Positions 21,495 to 30,806 of a stretch of DNA of 64,000 nucleotides are shown one piece after another (the stretch's first letter is position 1; the number at the start of each line of letters is the position of its first letter). Under the pieces are notes generated by a model that saw only the letters and a list, made by a program, of their open reading frames with translations, was not told the origin of the DNA and made no database searches. Origin of the DNA: Dehalococcoidia bacterium (lineage in GTDB: Bacteria; Chloroflexota; Dehalococcoidia; UBA2979); the NCBI GenBank assembly GCA_965219085.1, contig OZ244720.1, positions 1,696,001 to 1,760,000 of the forward strand, written 5' to 3'. The position numbers and the translations under genes are program-made.

Positions 21495-21530
21495 CCAGGG
21501 AGGGCCAGGCGCGTTGCTGGCCCTCCCTGG
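21495..21530. repeat. Perfect 14-bp inverted repeat in place of the 5' end of PaREP1 copy 3
   Basis: CCAGGGAGGGCCAG-(8 nt)-CTGGCCCTCCCTGG. Confidence 0.8.
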
Positions 21531-21541
21531 CTCGCAGCGAC

Positions 21542-21826
21542 CATGCGCGTGGTGATCTCCAGGAGGCCTCGGGCAAGGGCTGGGACGCTCTCGCCAAGAG
21601 GTTGAGCGGCGTCGCCGAGGCCCGCGGTTGGCCCCATCGCACTCACCGCGACCTGTTCGCCGCCATCAGCCGCATCGCCGAGGAAACGGGCGATCGCGAA
21701 CTACTCCCCCAGATGGCTTCCGCGATCGCGCTCCACACGAATTTATTCGAAGGGTGGCTGCCCCGCAGTTGGGTCGAACGGGACCTCGACCACGTGGCAG
21801 AACTCGTCGAGAGGCTCGACGCGTAG
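21542..21826 (+). pseudogene. 5'-truncated PaREP1 copy 3
   Basis: In frame HARGDLQEASGKGWDALAKRLSGVAEARGWPHRTHRDL...LHTNLFEG; first helix missing, in-frame TGA at 21482. Confidence 0.75.
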
Positions 21827-21836
21827 GCAGCCGTTC

Positions 21837-21877
21837 CAGCGCACCACGCGGCGAGGGGGCCTCGTGGCCCCCTCGCT
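21837..21877. terminator. Hairpin; right copy of the 41-bp direct repeat
   Basis: GCGAGGGGGCC-TCGT-GGCCCCCTCGC. Confidence 0.7.
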
Positions 21878-21909
21878 CACTCGTACCGTGGTCGTGTCGA
21901 GGCCGGGCG

Positions 21910-22350
21910 TTACGCCCTGGGTAGTGAGACCACCACCGGGCCGGGGCCGACCGAGACGCCCTTCGGCGTCTCCGTCCACATCTCGATCTCCACCAGGTGG
22001 TCGCCGTCGTCCTCCCACTTGCGGGTGACGCGGCCCTTCGTCGTCGAGGTCTCACCGACGACGTTGAAGATCTTCATGCGGAACGGGCCTACCTTGCGGA
22101 TCCGCCCGTCGAGGCCGATGAACTCGCGCGTGCAGCGCTCCCACCAGCCCTGGATGAAGACGTTGTTGGCGTACATCTCCGGTGCGCCCTGCCCCTGCGC
22201 GACCTCGGTGTTGTGGTGAATCTGCGCGAAGTCGCGGTTCGCCCCCGCCTCGACGACGAGGCGGTGCACGGTGATCGGGATCTCCACCGGGTCGAGCTCG
22301 TCGCCCTCGCTGACCTCGTCCCACGTTCGCTGTCTGGTCCAGTCCGCCAT
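21910..22350 (-). CDS. MaoC-like (hot-dog fold) dehydratase subunit
   Basis: WDEVSEGDELDP...AGANRDFAQIHHN...GAPEMYAN...GRVTRKW; GGAGG RBS. Confidence 0.85.
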   Translation of the reverse strand: MADWTRQRTWDEVSEGDELDPVEIPITVHRLVVEAGANRDFAQIHHNTEVAQGQGAPEMYANNVFIQGWWERCTREFIGLDGRIRKVGPFRMKIFNVVGETSTTKGRVTRKWEDDGDHLVEIEMWTETPKGVSVGPGPVVVSLPRA

Positions 22351-22400
22351 TGGTTCCTCCCGCGGTGTCCCGCTTGCTGGTGTGACTTGCGTCGCGCGGC

Positions 22401-22991
22401 CTACTCGAACGGGACGTACGAGTAGAGCCCGCGGCGCACGGTGGCGATCAGCTCGCCGTCCTGGTTGTGCACGTATGACTCGAAGATCTGGAACGCGCCC
22501 CGGCCGACCGAGGTCTGTTTCGGCACGCACGAGATGAGCCGGTTGCCGGAGTTGGTGAGCCGGTCACCCACGTACGCGTCCGTGTGGTACTCGATCTCGA
22601 TGTCCGTCGCGAAGGCGGCGGTGGTGGCCGGGACCGGCTGAGGGATCACGCCCTCGGCCGCGGGGGACCGCGGCGGCGGCGCGTCGCGGTCGTTGGTGGG
22701 CCACGCGAGCTCGCGGTCCGCCGTCCAGATGCCGTTCGCGAGCCAGGTCTGCGAGATGCCGCTGGTGGGGGCGGGGATACCGTCGTAGCCGTGCGCCCGG
22801 GCCACGTCCTCGTCGAGGAAGATCGGGCAATCCATCTCGAGTGGCTCGACGTACTTGCGGACGGCGCCCCTCTCGATCTCGTCGATCGCCGCGCTCTCCG
22901 CCCCGGGGCTGAAGTCTGTGCCGACGGAGTCGGCGAGTGGCTGCCAGGCCTGTTCCCAGTCGTCGGCCTTCGCCCATTCGGTGTCGCTCAC
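22401..22991 (-). CDS. MaoC N-terminal-type (FAS1-like) dehydratase subunit
   Basis: IERGAVRKYVE...PIFLDEDVARAHGYDGIPAP...EIEY...VGDRLT...NQDGELIA. Confidence 0.82.
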   Translation of the reverse strand: MSDTEWAKADDWEQAWQPLADSVGTDFSPGAESAAIDEIERGAVRKYVEPLEMDCPIFLDEDVARAHGYDGIPAPTSGISQTWLANGIWTADRELAWPTNDRDAPPPRSPAAEGVIPQPVPATTAAFATDIEIEYHTDAYVGDRLTNSGNRLISCVPKQTSVGRGAFQIFESYVHNQDGELIATVRRGLYSYVPFE

Positions 22992-23247
22992 GCAAAACCC
23001 CCTGCCGCTGCATAGCCGGGTCGTTTCGCAATCAGTAGCGATCGCGGTCGAGGCTGTCAAGGCCGCGGCGAGGTTGTGCCACGGGGAGGAAGCCGCAACG
23101 CCGGTCCCGTGCTATCCTCCGGTCGCTCGAATTCACGCCAGAGGCGTCCTCAGAACACGTCCCACGCGGAGTCAGAGCGATCGAAGAGTGCCGGCAATCT
23201 GGCCGGCGTAGCAGTCCCGGACGTGACGGGACCAGGAAGTTGTGGAC

Positions 23248-23676
<429 letters not shown>

Positions 23677-24091
23677 ACGCCCTGCGGGCTCCCGCCCGCG
23701 AGGACGACGACCCAGACAGCCGATCACGGCGTTGCGCGCCCCAGGCGCGCAACGCTTCGTGCTACCTGCCAGGACCCACGACGCCGGCGGGCCGCCGCAT
23801 TGGGAGGATCGCTCACACCCGTCACGCGATCCGTTGTGATGCTCGGCGTGGAACGAGGTACGGCTCGCGCTGGTTTGCGCTAGAGAGCTGGTTGGACTAG
23901 CTGTCTCGCGCAATGCGTTCGCTCGTGCGCACGCTGCTGTCCAGCCTCGGTTCGCTGGTTCTGGCGATGGTGTCGCGAGGCGTGGGTACGCGCTGAACGC
24001 CGTCGCCGAAGTTCCGCCCGTAGCGCTGATCTCCCGCGAGCTTCCCACCACAGACAATGATGAAGGCGACGAGGACGACGAGCCGCCTCCT

Positions 24092-24410
24092 ACCGACGAC
24101 GACGGATTCGACACCCCGCCAACCGACAGCGACGGGTACGACACGCCGCCGATGGACTACGACGGCGTCGATACGCTGGACACCGACGCCACCCCGTACA
24201 CCGACTCCGACGGGTACAGCACGCCTCCGACCGATGGCGAGGGGATCGACACGGCGAGGCCGACTGACAACGACGGAATAGACACGCCGCTCACAGACCG
24301 CGACGGGGTCGATACCCCGTACACGGACGGCGATGGCGTCGACACGCCGGGCACCGACAACGACGGGTTCGACACGCCGTACACGGACCACGACGGCGTC
24401 GAGACTCCAC
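24092..24410 (+). repeat. Degenerate 30-bp tandem repeat (about 11 units) encoding TDxDGxDTPx; probably part of a disrupted ORF
   Basis: TDDDGFDTPP/TDSDGYDTPP/MDYDGVDTLD/.../TDNDGIDTPL/TDRDGVDTPY/TDGDGVDTPG/TDNDGFDTPY/TDHDGVETPL in one frame that is open 23840-24550. Confidence 0.8.
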
Positions 24411-24648
24411 TGCACGCAACCGTTTCGATTGGAGCGAGCGTGATCTCGCCGTGCGTGCAGGTGTTTGCCGGTTGCGGGTGTGCACGAACGCGATCCGTCA
24501 CCCTCGGGCGGATTGGCGAGACGAACTGGAGGCCAGCCTCTCGCTGGTGAACGAAACCTCGAGTTGAGACGTTCTCGCGCTGTCCTGACGCGGCGCCCTC
24601 GCGACGTTGACATGGCGACCCGGTGGGCTGGAATCTGGAAGCCGGAAC

Positions 24649-24724
24649 GCGCCGGTAGCTCAGGGGACAGAGCATCAGACTTCGGATCTGACGGTCGAGG
24701 GTTCGAATCCTTCCCGGCGCGCCA
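24649..24724 (+). tRNA. tRNA-Arg(TCG)
   Basis: GCGCCGG/CCGGCGC acceptor, TCAGA-CT-TCG-GA-TCTGA arm, GGTTCGAATCC, CCA; TTGACA at 24607. Confidence 0.94.
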
Positions 24725-24934
24725 CCGCCCCCCACATCCCTCGAAACCGCTGACGTGACATAGCGGGGTGCCCCGCGGGGGCGACCCCGGCGAGTCCGCC
24801 CCGTGCGCGGGTGTTGGCAACTGGCCCGGAACGGAGTAGAAACACACATGCAGGCGGGGCGGTCGCGTCGCGTCCGCTTACGCGAGTAGCGATCGCCGGC
24901 GCCAGAATGGCGCTGGACGGAGGATGGAGGAGAC

Positions 24935-25366
24935 GTGCCGAAACAATCCCCAGTACCGGACGAGTTGACCAAGCCTTTCTTCGACGCGTGTAACGAAGAC
25001 CGGCTCGTAGTTCAGAAGTGCGTGGACTGCACTGCCCGCGCGGGCCTGCTCGTGCTGCAGCAGCCCCCCGAGGCCGTGTGCAACCGCTGCGGCGGCGACA
25101 ACATCGAGTGGCACGAGGTCAGCGGCCGCGGCCGCATCCAGTCGTACGTGACCATGTACGACACCCCGGTGGCCTCGCTACAGGAGGACCAGCCGTTCAA
25201 CATCGCAGTGATCGAGCTGCACGAGGACAAGAACGCGCTGTTCCTGTCGCACCTCCCCGGCACTCCGGTGCGCGAGGTGCCGATGGGCGCCACCGTGCAG
25301 GTTGAGTTCGAGGTGACCCCGGCCAACGGCCAGAAGGTTGCTGAGTGGCGGGTCGTCGAGGACTAA
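24935..25366 (+). CDS. DUF35 Zn-ribbon/OB-fold protein
   Basis: PFFDAC..DRLVVQKCVDC...PPEAVCNRCG...VSGRGRIQSY...VIEL...GATVQVEF. Confidence 0.88.
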   Translation: MPKQSPVPDELTKPFFDACNEDRLVVQKCVDCTARAGLLVLQQPPEAVCNRCGGDNIEWHEVSGRGRIQSYVTMYDTPVASLQEDQPFNIAVIELHEDKNALFLSHLPGTPVREVPMGATVQVEFEVTPANGQKVAEWRVVED

Positions 25367-25426
25367 TCTCCTCGCCGTTCCGTCAGACAACAACACCAGG
25401 GCATATACGCCCAGGAAGGGCAGGCA

Positions 25427-26734
25427 ATGACTGAGAATGCACCTGCGGACTTCTACCGGACCGCAGAGAACCCGGGCCTCTGGGAGCACCGCGGCAAGGT
25501 CGTCGCGGTTGGCATCGGCCACTCCCCGACGGCACGGCGCTGGGACGGCCAGGCCGACACCAGCATCGGCGCGTGGACGCGCGTAGCGATCCGCGACGCC
25601 ATCGAGGACGCGGGCGTTGACCCCGCCGACGTCGACGGTCTCGTTCTGGACCGCTCGACCACGACAGGCGCGTGGTGGCCCGAGGGCGACCCGTTGCCCG
25701 AGGACGTCATCTCGCAGTTCGAGCCCGGCATCGAGCCCTTCGACGGGATCGCCGCGCTCAGCTCCGAGTGGATCCTCAACAACATGCCGGAGCTGTCGAA
25801 CGTCAACTTCACGATGTACGGCCCCGGCTGCATGTCGAACGTCGTCTGTGTCGCCGCCGAGGCCATCGGCCGCGGCCTGGCGCACACCGTGATCTGCGTC
25901 AAGGCGTGGCACAACTTCCCTGGTCGCTACTACCAGGGCGGCGCCAACGCCAAGGAGACCATCGAGGGCCCGGCCGTGTGGCGGAACCCTTGGGGCGTCA
26001 GCGCCGCCACCGGCGACGGCTGGACCTTCCAGGAGTACATGGCCAAGTACGGCGGAACCCACGACATGATGGCTCCGTTCATCGTCGAGGAGAAGAAGAA
26101 CGGCCTCATGTTCCCCGAGGGCTTCTTCGCGCAGCACCGGCCCGACGAAGTGACCGTTGAGGACTACGTCAACGCTCGCTGGATCGTCGAGCCGATGAAC
26201 CTCTTCGACCACGACATGCCCATCCACGTCGCGGTCGCCTACGTCTTCACGACCCCCGAGCGGGCCGCGGGGATGAAGCAGACCCCGGTCTACATCCTGA
26301 ACCACGGCACGACTCGCCCGAAGTTCGGTCTGACGCAGGGGCTCGACAACGCTGAGGCTTCCACCGACTCGAACGGCCGCAAGTTGCTCGCCGGCGCCGG
26401 CATCACCGCCGACGACCTGGACTTCGAGAACATGTACGAAGGTTTCACGACCTTCCACAACTACTTCATCGAGGGTCTGGGGTACGCGGGCATCAAGCGC
26501 GGTGAAGCGCTCGGCCTCTACGCGGACGACATCAGCGTCACCTCCGCGAAGCCGGTGTCGCCGAGTGGCGGCAACCAGGGCAGCGGTCGCACGCGGATCT
26601 GGATGCACACGGACAGCATCGCGCAGCTCCAGGGCCGCGCTGGTGGTCGCCAGGTCGCCGGTGCCGAGATCGGCATCTCCGGTGGCCCGATGCCACAGGG
26701 CGGCGACTTCACCATCTGGGGCACCACCGCCTAA
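25427..26734 (+). CDS. Thiolase-fold protein (SCP2/Ltp2-like, non-canonical)
   Basis: VVAVGIG, AIEDAGV..DVDGL, EDYVNARWIVEPM, MYEGFT, PSGG; follows a DUF35 gene. Confidence 0.82.
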   Translation: MTENAPADFYRTAENPGLWEHRGKVVAVGIGHSPTARRWDGQADTSIGAWTRVAIRDAIEDAGVDPADVDGLVLDRSTTTGAWWPEGDPLPEDVISQFEPGIEPFDGIAALSSEWILNNMPELSNVNFTMYGPGCMSNVVCVAAEAIGRGLAHTVICVKAWHNFPGRYYQGGANAKETIEGPAVWRNPWGVSAATGDGWTFQEYMAKYGGTHDMMAPFIVEEKKNGLMFPEGFFAQHRPDEVTVEDYVNARWIVEPMNLFDHDMPIHVAVAYVFTTPERAAGMKQTPVYILNHGTTRPKFGLTQGLDNAEASTDSNGRKLLAGAGITADDLDFENMYEGFTTFHNYFIEGLGYAGIKRGEALGLYADDISVTSAKPVSPSGGNQGSGRTRIWMHTDSIAQLQGRAGGRQVAGAEIGISGGPMPQGGDFTIWGTTA

Positions 26735-26772
26735 GGGACTCGTGCACCAGAAGCTCTGACCTCAGAGCAAAC

Positions 26773-26798
26773 GAAGCCCCCTCGCGAGAGGGGGCTTC
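26773..26798. terminator. Bidirectional terminator hairpin
   Basis: GAAGCCCCCTC-GCGA-GAGGGGGCTTC between convergent genes. Confidence 0.75.
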
Positions 26799-26892
26799 TG
26801 CTTGTCTGCGGCGCGCTCCCCTGCGCGCAAGGGGCTTCAGGTTGCCCGGAGCCGGCGAGGTGTCTCGAGGCGTCTCGGAGTGTGCGGCGCCG

Positions 26893-27672
26893 TTAGTCGG
26901 GCCGCACCGCGACGTGCAGCGACACGGCGCCGACACCAAACGTCCGCACCCGCTCGACCTCGAAGCCCGAGGCGGCGAGGCGCGCCGAGAGCTCCTCGAC
27001 CGACATGAAGTGCTCGGCGGAGACCGGCAGGTAGCTATACGCGTCGCTGTGGCCGCCGAAGAGCCGGCCTAGCAGCGGCACGACGCGCGCGAGGTGGAAG
27101 CGCTTGAACGGCGCGAGCAGGCCGCCCTCGATACGCGGGATGTCGAGCACCGCCAGCCGCCCTCCCGGCCGCAGCACGCGGTGCGCCTCGGCCAGCAGGC
27201 CGTCGACGTCCGGCACGTTGCGCATCACGAACGCCGCGCACCACGCGTCGACCGAGCCGTCGGCGAGTGGCAGCCGCAGCCCGTCGCCGTGCACGAACCC
27301 GACGCCCGGCGCGCCAGACGTGCCCCGCCGCGCCGCCTTGCGGCGGGCGATCGGCAGCATCGGCGCGGCGAAGTCGACGCCGAGCACCGCGCCGGCGCCG
27401 GCCCGCGCGCACGCCAGCGAGAGGTCGCCCGTCCCGCACCCCACGTCGACCACCCGGTCGCCGGGGCGCGCGAGGGCGCGCGCCGTCGCCGTCCGCCACG
27501 CGTGGTGGCGACCGCCGGTCATGATCGTGTTCATGAGGTCGTAGCGCCCGGCGATCTCGCCGAAGATGCGCCGCACGTACCCCGCCCGGTCGGCCGAGGG
27601 GTCGTACAGGCCCTCGACGTCCGCGGGCGTCGAGGGCTGCTGAGGCGGGTCGGAGGGCGGTGTGCCGGTCAC
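26893..27672 (-). CDS. ubiE: UbiE/MenG-family quinone methyltransferase
   Basis: YVRRIFGEIAGRYDLMNTIMTGGRHHAWR, VDVGCGTGDL, MRNVPD, RVLRPGGRL, AYSYLPVS. Confidence 0.88.
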   Translation of the reverse strand: MTGTPPSDPPQQPSTPADVEGLYDPSADRAGYVRRIFGEIAGRYDLMNTIMTGGRHHAWRTATARALARPGDRVVDVGCGTGDLSLACARAGAGAVLGVDFAAPMLPIARRKAARRGTSGAPGVGFVHGDGLRLPLADGSVDAWCAAFVMRNVPDVDGLLAEAHRVLRPGGRLAVLDIPRIEGGLLAPFKRFHLARVVPLLGRLFGGHSDAYSYLPVSAEHFMSVEELSARLAASGFEVERVRTFGVGAVSLHVAVRPD

Positions 27673-27711
27673 GGGTTCGAGCCTACGGCGCGGCGGCGCT
27701 AGCGGCAGTCA

Positions 27712-27903
27712 TCAGGTCTTGTGCTGCTCGTAGATGATGTCCCGAAGGTCCCGCCATGAGTGCGCCTCCAGCGGGTCGTCATCGCCCGCGCGGCCGACGC
27801 TGAGATCAGGCAGCACGTAGCGGCCGCGAAGGCTTGCCGCGCTGCTCGCCAGACCGCTTCCCGGCGAACAGCGGCCGTCGTCGGGATTGGGATTCGTCCT
27901 CAT
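27712..27903 (-). pseudogene. Possible remnant of a VapB-like antitoxin (C-terminal part only)
   Basis: RYVLPDLSVGRAGDDDPLEAHSWRDLRDIIYE resembles antitoxin C-termini; no N-terminal DNA-binding domain and no toxin nearby. Confidence 0.3.
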
Positions 27904-28068
27904 GGGATCCACGCTACTCGTGCAGGTGTGGCTCGTCGAGTGTGCCATCCTGGCGCCGCGACCCGAGCTGCCCCGGCGCGCAGGCTGGATGGGTGTGCAT
28001 AGTACGAATGTGCTGACGTATACTGCGCTGCGCCAGACGGCACTCCCCCCGGAAGCACCATCACGGCG

Positions 28069-29079
28069 ATGACGCTCCTCCTCCCCTGGTCCCCCGAGTA
28101 CGGCAGCGGCATCGAGGCCGACGCCGACACGCCCGATGACGGCGTCACGCCTGACACTCATGTCGAAGGCCCGTGGCAGGTCATGAGGCCGGGCGACGGC
28201 CCGCGTGCACCCGTGCAGATCATCGACGGCGTCCCCCGCGTTGAGGCCCATGCCATCGACGACACAGCCGACGGCGGGATCGCCTTCGGGCTCTTCGGTT
28301 CGTACGCCGTTGGGGTCGTGCGCTGCGAGGGCACGCTTGCCCGCATCCTGGATGGCGAAGGTGAGCTGCGCGTGGAACGCGTCTACCTGCAAGGTGGTGG
28401 CGAGCCCCAGGATCACGAAGTCACCTCAGGCGGCATGCAACTGCTCTTCCGTGCATCGCTGCAGGAGAGGGCGGGTACGGCGAAGAAGCTCGTGAACGCG
28501 CTCCAGACTGCGATGCTTGGTGCGGAGGCGTTGCTTGCCGAGACGCTCGCGGAGGACGAGGGACTGCTCACTGTGGTTGACGGCCCGCTGCGCCTGCGGT
28601 CTGTGCGACGGCGCGTGGTGGGCTACGTGAAGCGTGTGCAGGACTGGTACATCGAGCCTCCGGAGCGAGCGCTGCTCTCGGAGCTCGCCGTGGGCGATCG
28701 CACACCGCTGTTCCGCATCCCCGGAGGCGGCGAGGCGGGCAGCCGCGGGCGTCCGGATCGCTATGCCTGGTATCTCCGCATCGGCGACGCGGGCGAGCAG
28801 TACCACCACCTCGCCGGGATTGTGCGGCTCGAGGCACCAGGCGCGCTGCCTCCTGCCGACGCCGCCCGCCTCGCCGACGAATGCGGCCGGTCGCTACCGC
28901 GGCTCGCCTCCTCGCCGGTGCGCGACCCTCGCGCCCCGCAGAACCTCACACCTGTCGGGGCGCTCGAGGATGTGCTGCGGCGTCGGCTCGGCGAGCGCGA
29001 GTGGGTAAGACGGCTGATCGCGGTCGCGCTGACCGGCCCGGCGCCTGGTGCGACCACGGAGGGTGGTGCAGGGTGGTAG
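28069..29079 (+). CDS. nurA: NurA-family 5'-3' nuclease
   Basis: PWSPEYG, IIDGVPRVEA, GSYAVG, VVDGPL, VVGYVKR, GDRTPLF, WYLR, DPRAPQNLTPVGALE. Confidence 0.82.
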   Translation: MTLLLPWSPEYGSGIEADADTPDDGVTPDTHVEGPWQVMRPGDGPRAPVQIIDGVPRVEAHAIDDTADGGIAFGLFGSYAVGVVRCEGTLARILDGEGELRVERVYLQGGGEPQDHEVTSGGMQLLFRASLQERAGTAKKLVNALQTAMLGAEALLAETLAEDEGLLTVVDGPLRLRSVRRRVVGYVKRVQDWYIEPPERALLSELAVGDRTPLFRIPGGGEAGSRGRPDRYAWYLRIGDAGEQYHHLAGIVRLEAPGALPPADAARLADECGRSLPRLASSPVRDPRAPQNLTPVGALEDVLRRRLGEREWVRRLIAVALTGPAPGATTEGGAGW

Positions 29080-30806
29080 AGCGTGAACCCGGCGCGAACG
29101 GCGCCGCCGAGCTGGCCGCCTCGACGCCGGCGGGGCTCGTGCTCGGCATGGAGGACGCGGCGGCGACGCCGCTGGGCTTCTCCGTCTTCGTCGACCGCGA
29201 CCGCTACCTCCAGCTCGACGACGTCGTGCACGCACGCTCGCCGCTGCCCCCCGGCAGCCCCGTCGACGCCGTCGACTTCTACGGCGTCGTCGACGAGGTG
29301 CGCGCGGTGCAGGAGGGCGTGCGCTTCGACTCCGATGTCGCGCTCGCGAGCGAGGGGCTACTGCCCGCCGAGCCCGCGGTCACGGCGCACGTCGCGGTCA
29401 CGCGCGTGGAGCCGGAGATCTTCGTGCCGCCGCGTCCCGGCCAGCCGGTCCACCTCGCACGCGGCGAGGCGCGCGACCGCGCGCTGTTCTTCGACGCGAT
29501 GAAAGCGAACCAGACCGCAGTGCCGTTTGGGCTGTCTCGCGATGGCGAGACGGTGTTCGCCAACCTCGAGTTCCTCGACGGCACGCGCGGCGCGCATGTC
29601 AACATCTCCGGCATCTCCGGCGTCGCTACGAAGACCTCGTACGCGATGTTCCTGCTGCACACGCTGTTCGAGAGCGGCACGCTCGGCCCGGAGGCGGCCA
29701 ACACGCGCTCGCTCATCTTCAACGTGAAGGGCGAGGACTTGCTGTACCTCGACAAGCCCAACGCCCAGCTCGCCGATGACGACCGCGCGGACTACGCGCG
29801 CCTCGGGCTACCCGCCGAGCCGTTCCGGTCGGTCTCGCTCTACGCGCCGGCGAGCCGTGGCGCGCTGCCCATCCCGGACACGGGCTCCCGCAAGCAAGGC
29901 GTCACCGGCTTCTACTGGACGCTGCGCGAGTTCTGCGCCGAGCGCTACCTGCGCTTCCTCTTCGCCGATGCCGACGACGAGCGCTCGCAACTCGGACTCG
30001 TCGTGCAGCAGGTGGAGGCGCAACTCGCGCTCGCCGCGCGGATCTCGCTGCCCCTCGACGCGCCGACGGTCGAGATCGGCGGCGAGGTGATCGCGGACTT
30101 CGACGAGCTCGTCGACGCGATCGGGCTGATGACCGACCCCGACGAGGGCGGCACGTGGGCCGGGCGCGCGGCCACCGGCACCGTGCAGGCGTTCCTGCGC
30201 CGCCTCGATGCCGCCAAGCCGTACGTCGGCCACCTCATCCGCGGCCACGCGTCCGAGGACGACGCTGCCCACCAGATCGACACGAGCCGCGCACAGGTCA
30301 CGGTCGTCGACATCCACCGCCTCCACGACCGCGCGCAGCGCTTCGTCGTCGGCGTGATGCTGAAGCGCGAGTTCGAGCGCAAGGAGGCCAGCGGCTCGCC
30401 GCGGCCGCTCATGCTCGTCGTACTCGACGAGCTCAACAAGTACGCCCCGCGCGAGGGCCGCAGCCCCATCAAGGACGTGCTGCTCGACATCGCCGAGCGC
30501 GGGCGCTCGCTGGGCGTCGTGCTGATCGGCGCGCAGCAGACGGCGAGCGAGGTCGAGCCGCGCGTGGTCGCGAACTGCGCGTACCGCGTCGCGGGCCGCC
30601 TCGACGCCGCCGAGGCGCAGCGCGGCGAGTATGGCTTCCTGACGCCGGCCGCGCGGGCGCGGGCGTCGCTGCTCAAGCCGGGCTCGATGATCCTCGCGCA
30701 GCCGGAGATCCCGGTGCCGCTGCTGCTGCGCTTCCCGCATCCTGCGTGGGCGACGCGCCCCTCCGAGGTCGCTCAGACGACCGACCCGTTCGCGAGGTTC
30801 GAGTGA
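29073..30806 (+). CDS. herA: HerA-family ATPase/translocase
   Basis: N-terminal HAS barrel, variant Walker A HVNISGISGVATKTSY, IFNVKGEDL, Walker B VVLDELNKYAP, ERGRSLGVVLIGAQQ. Confidence 0.88.
   Translation: MVEREPGANGAAELAASTPAGLVLGMEDAAATPLGFSVFVDRDRYLQLDDVVHARSPLPPGSPVDAVDFYGVVDEVRAVQEGVRFDSDVALASEGLLPAEPAVTAHVAVTRVEPEIFVPPRPGQPVHLARGEARDRALFFDAMKANQTAVPFGLSRDGETVFANLEFLDGTRGAHVNISGISGVATKTSYAMFLLHTLFESGTLGPEAANTRSLIFNVKGEDLLYLDKPNAQLADDDRADYARLGLPAEPFRSVSLYAPASRGALPIPDTGSRKQGVTGFYWTLREFCAERYLRFLFADADDERSQLGLVVQQVEAQLALAARISLPLDAPTVEIGGEVIADFDELVDAIGLMTDPDEGGTWAGRAATGTVQAFLRRLDAAKPYVGHLIRGHASEDDAAHQIDTSRAQVTVVDIHRLHDRAQRFVVGVMLKREFERKEASGSPRPLMLVVLDELNKYAPREGRSPIKDVLLDIAERGRSLGVVLIGAQQTASEVEPRVVANCAYRVAGRLDAAEAQRGEYGFLTPAARARASLLKPGSMILAQPEIPVPLLLRFPHPAWATRPSEVAQTTDPFARFE

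Noticed and set aside
24092-24410. CRISPR or non-coding repeat array
   Set aside because: Units are contiguous, vary at synonymous positions and conserve a peptide motif, so this is a coding repeat
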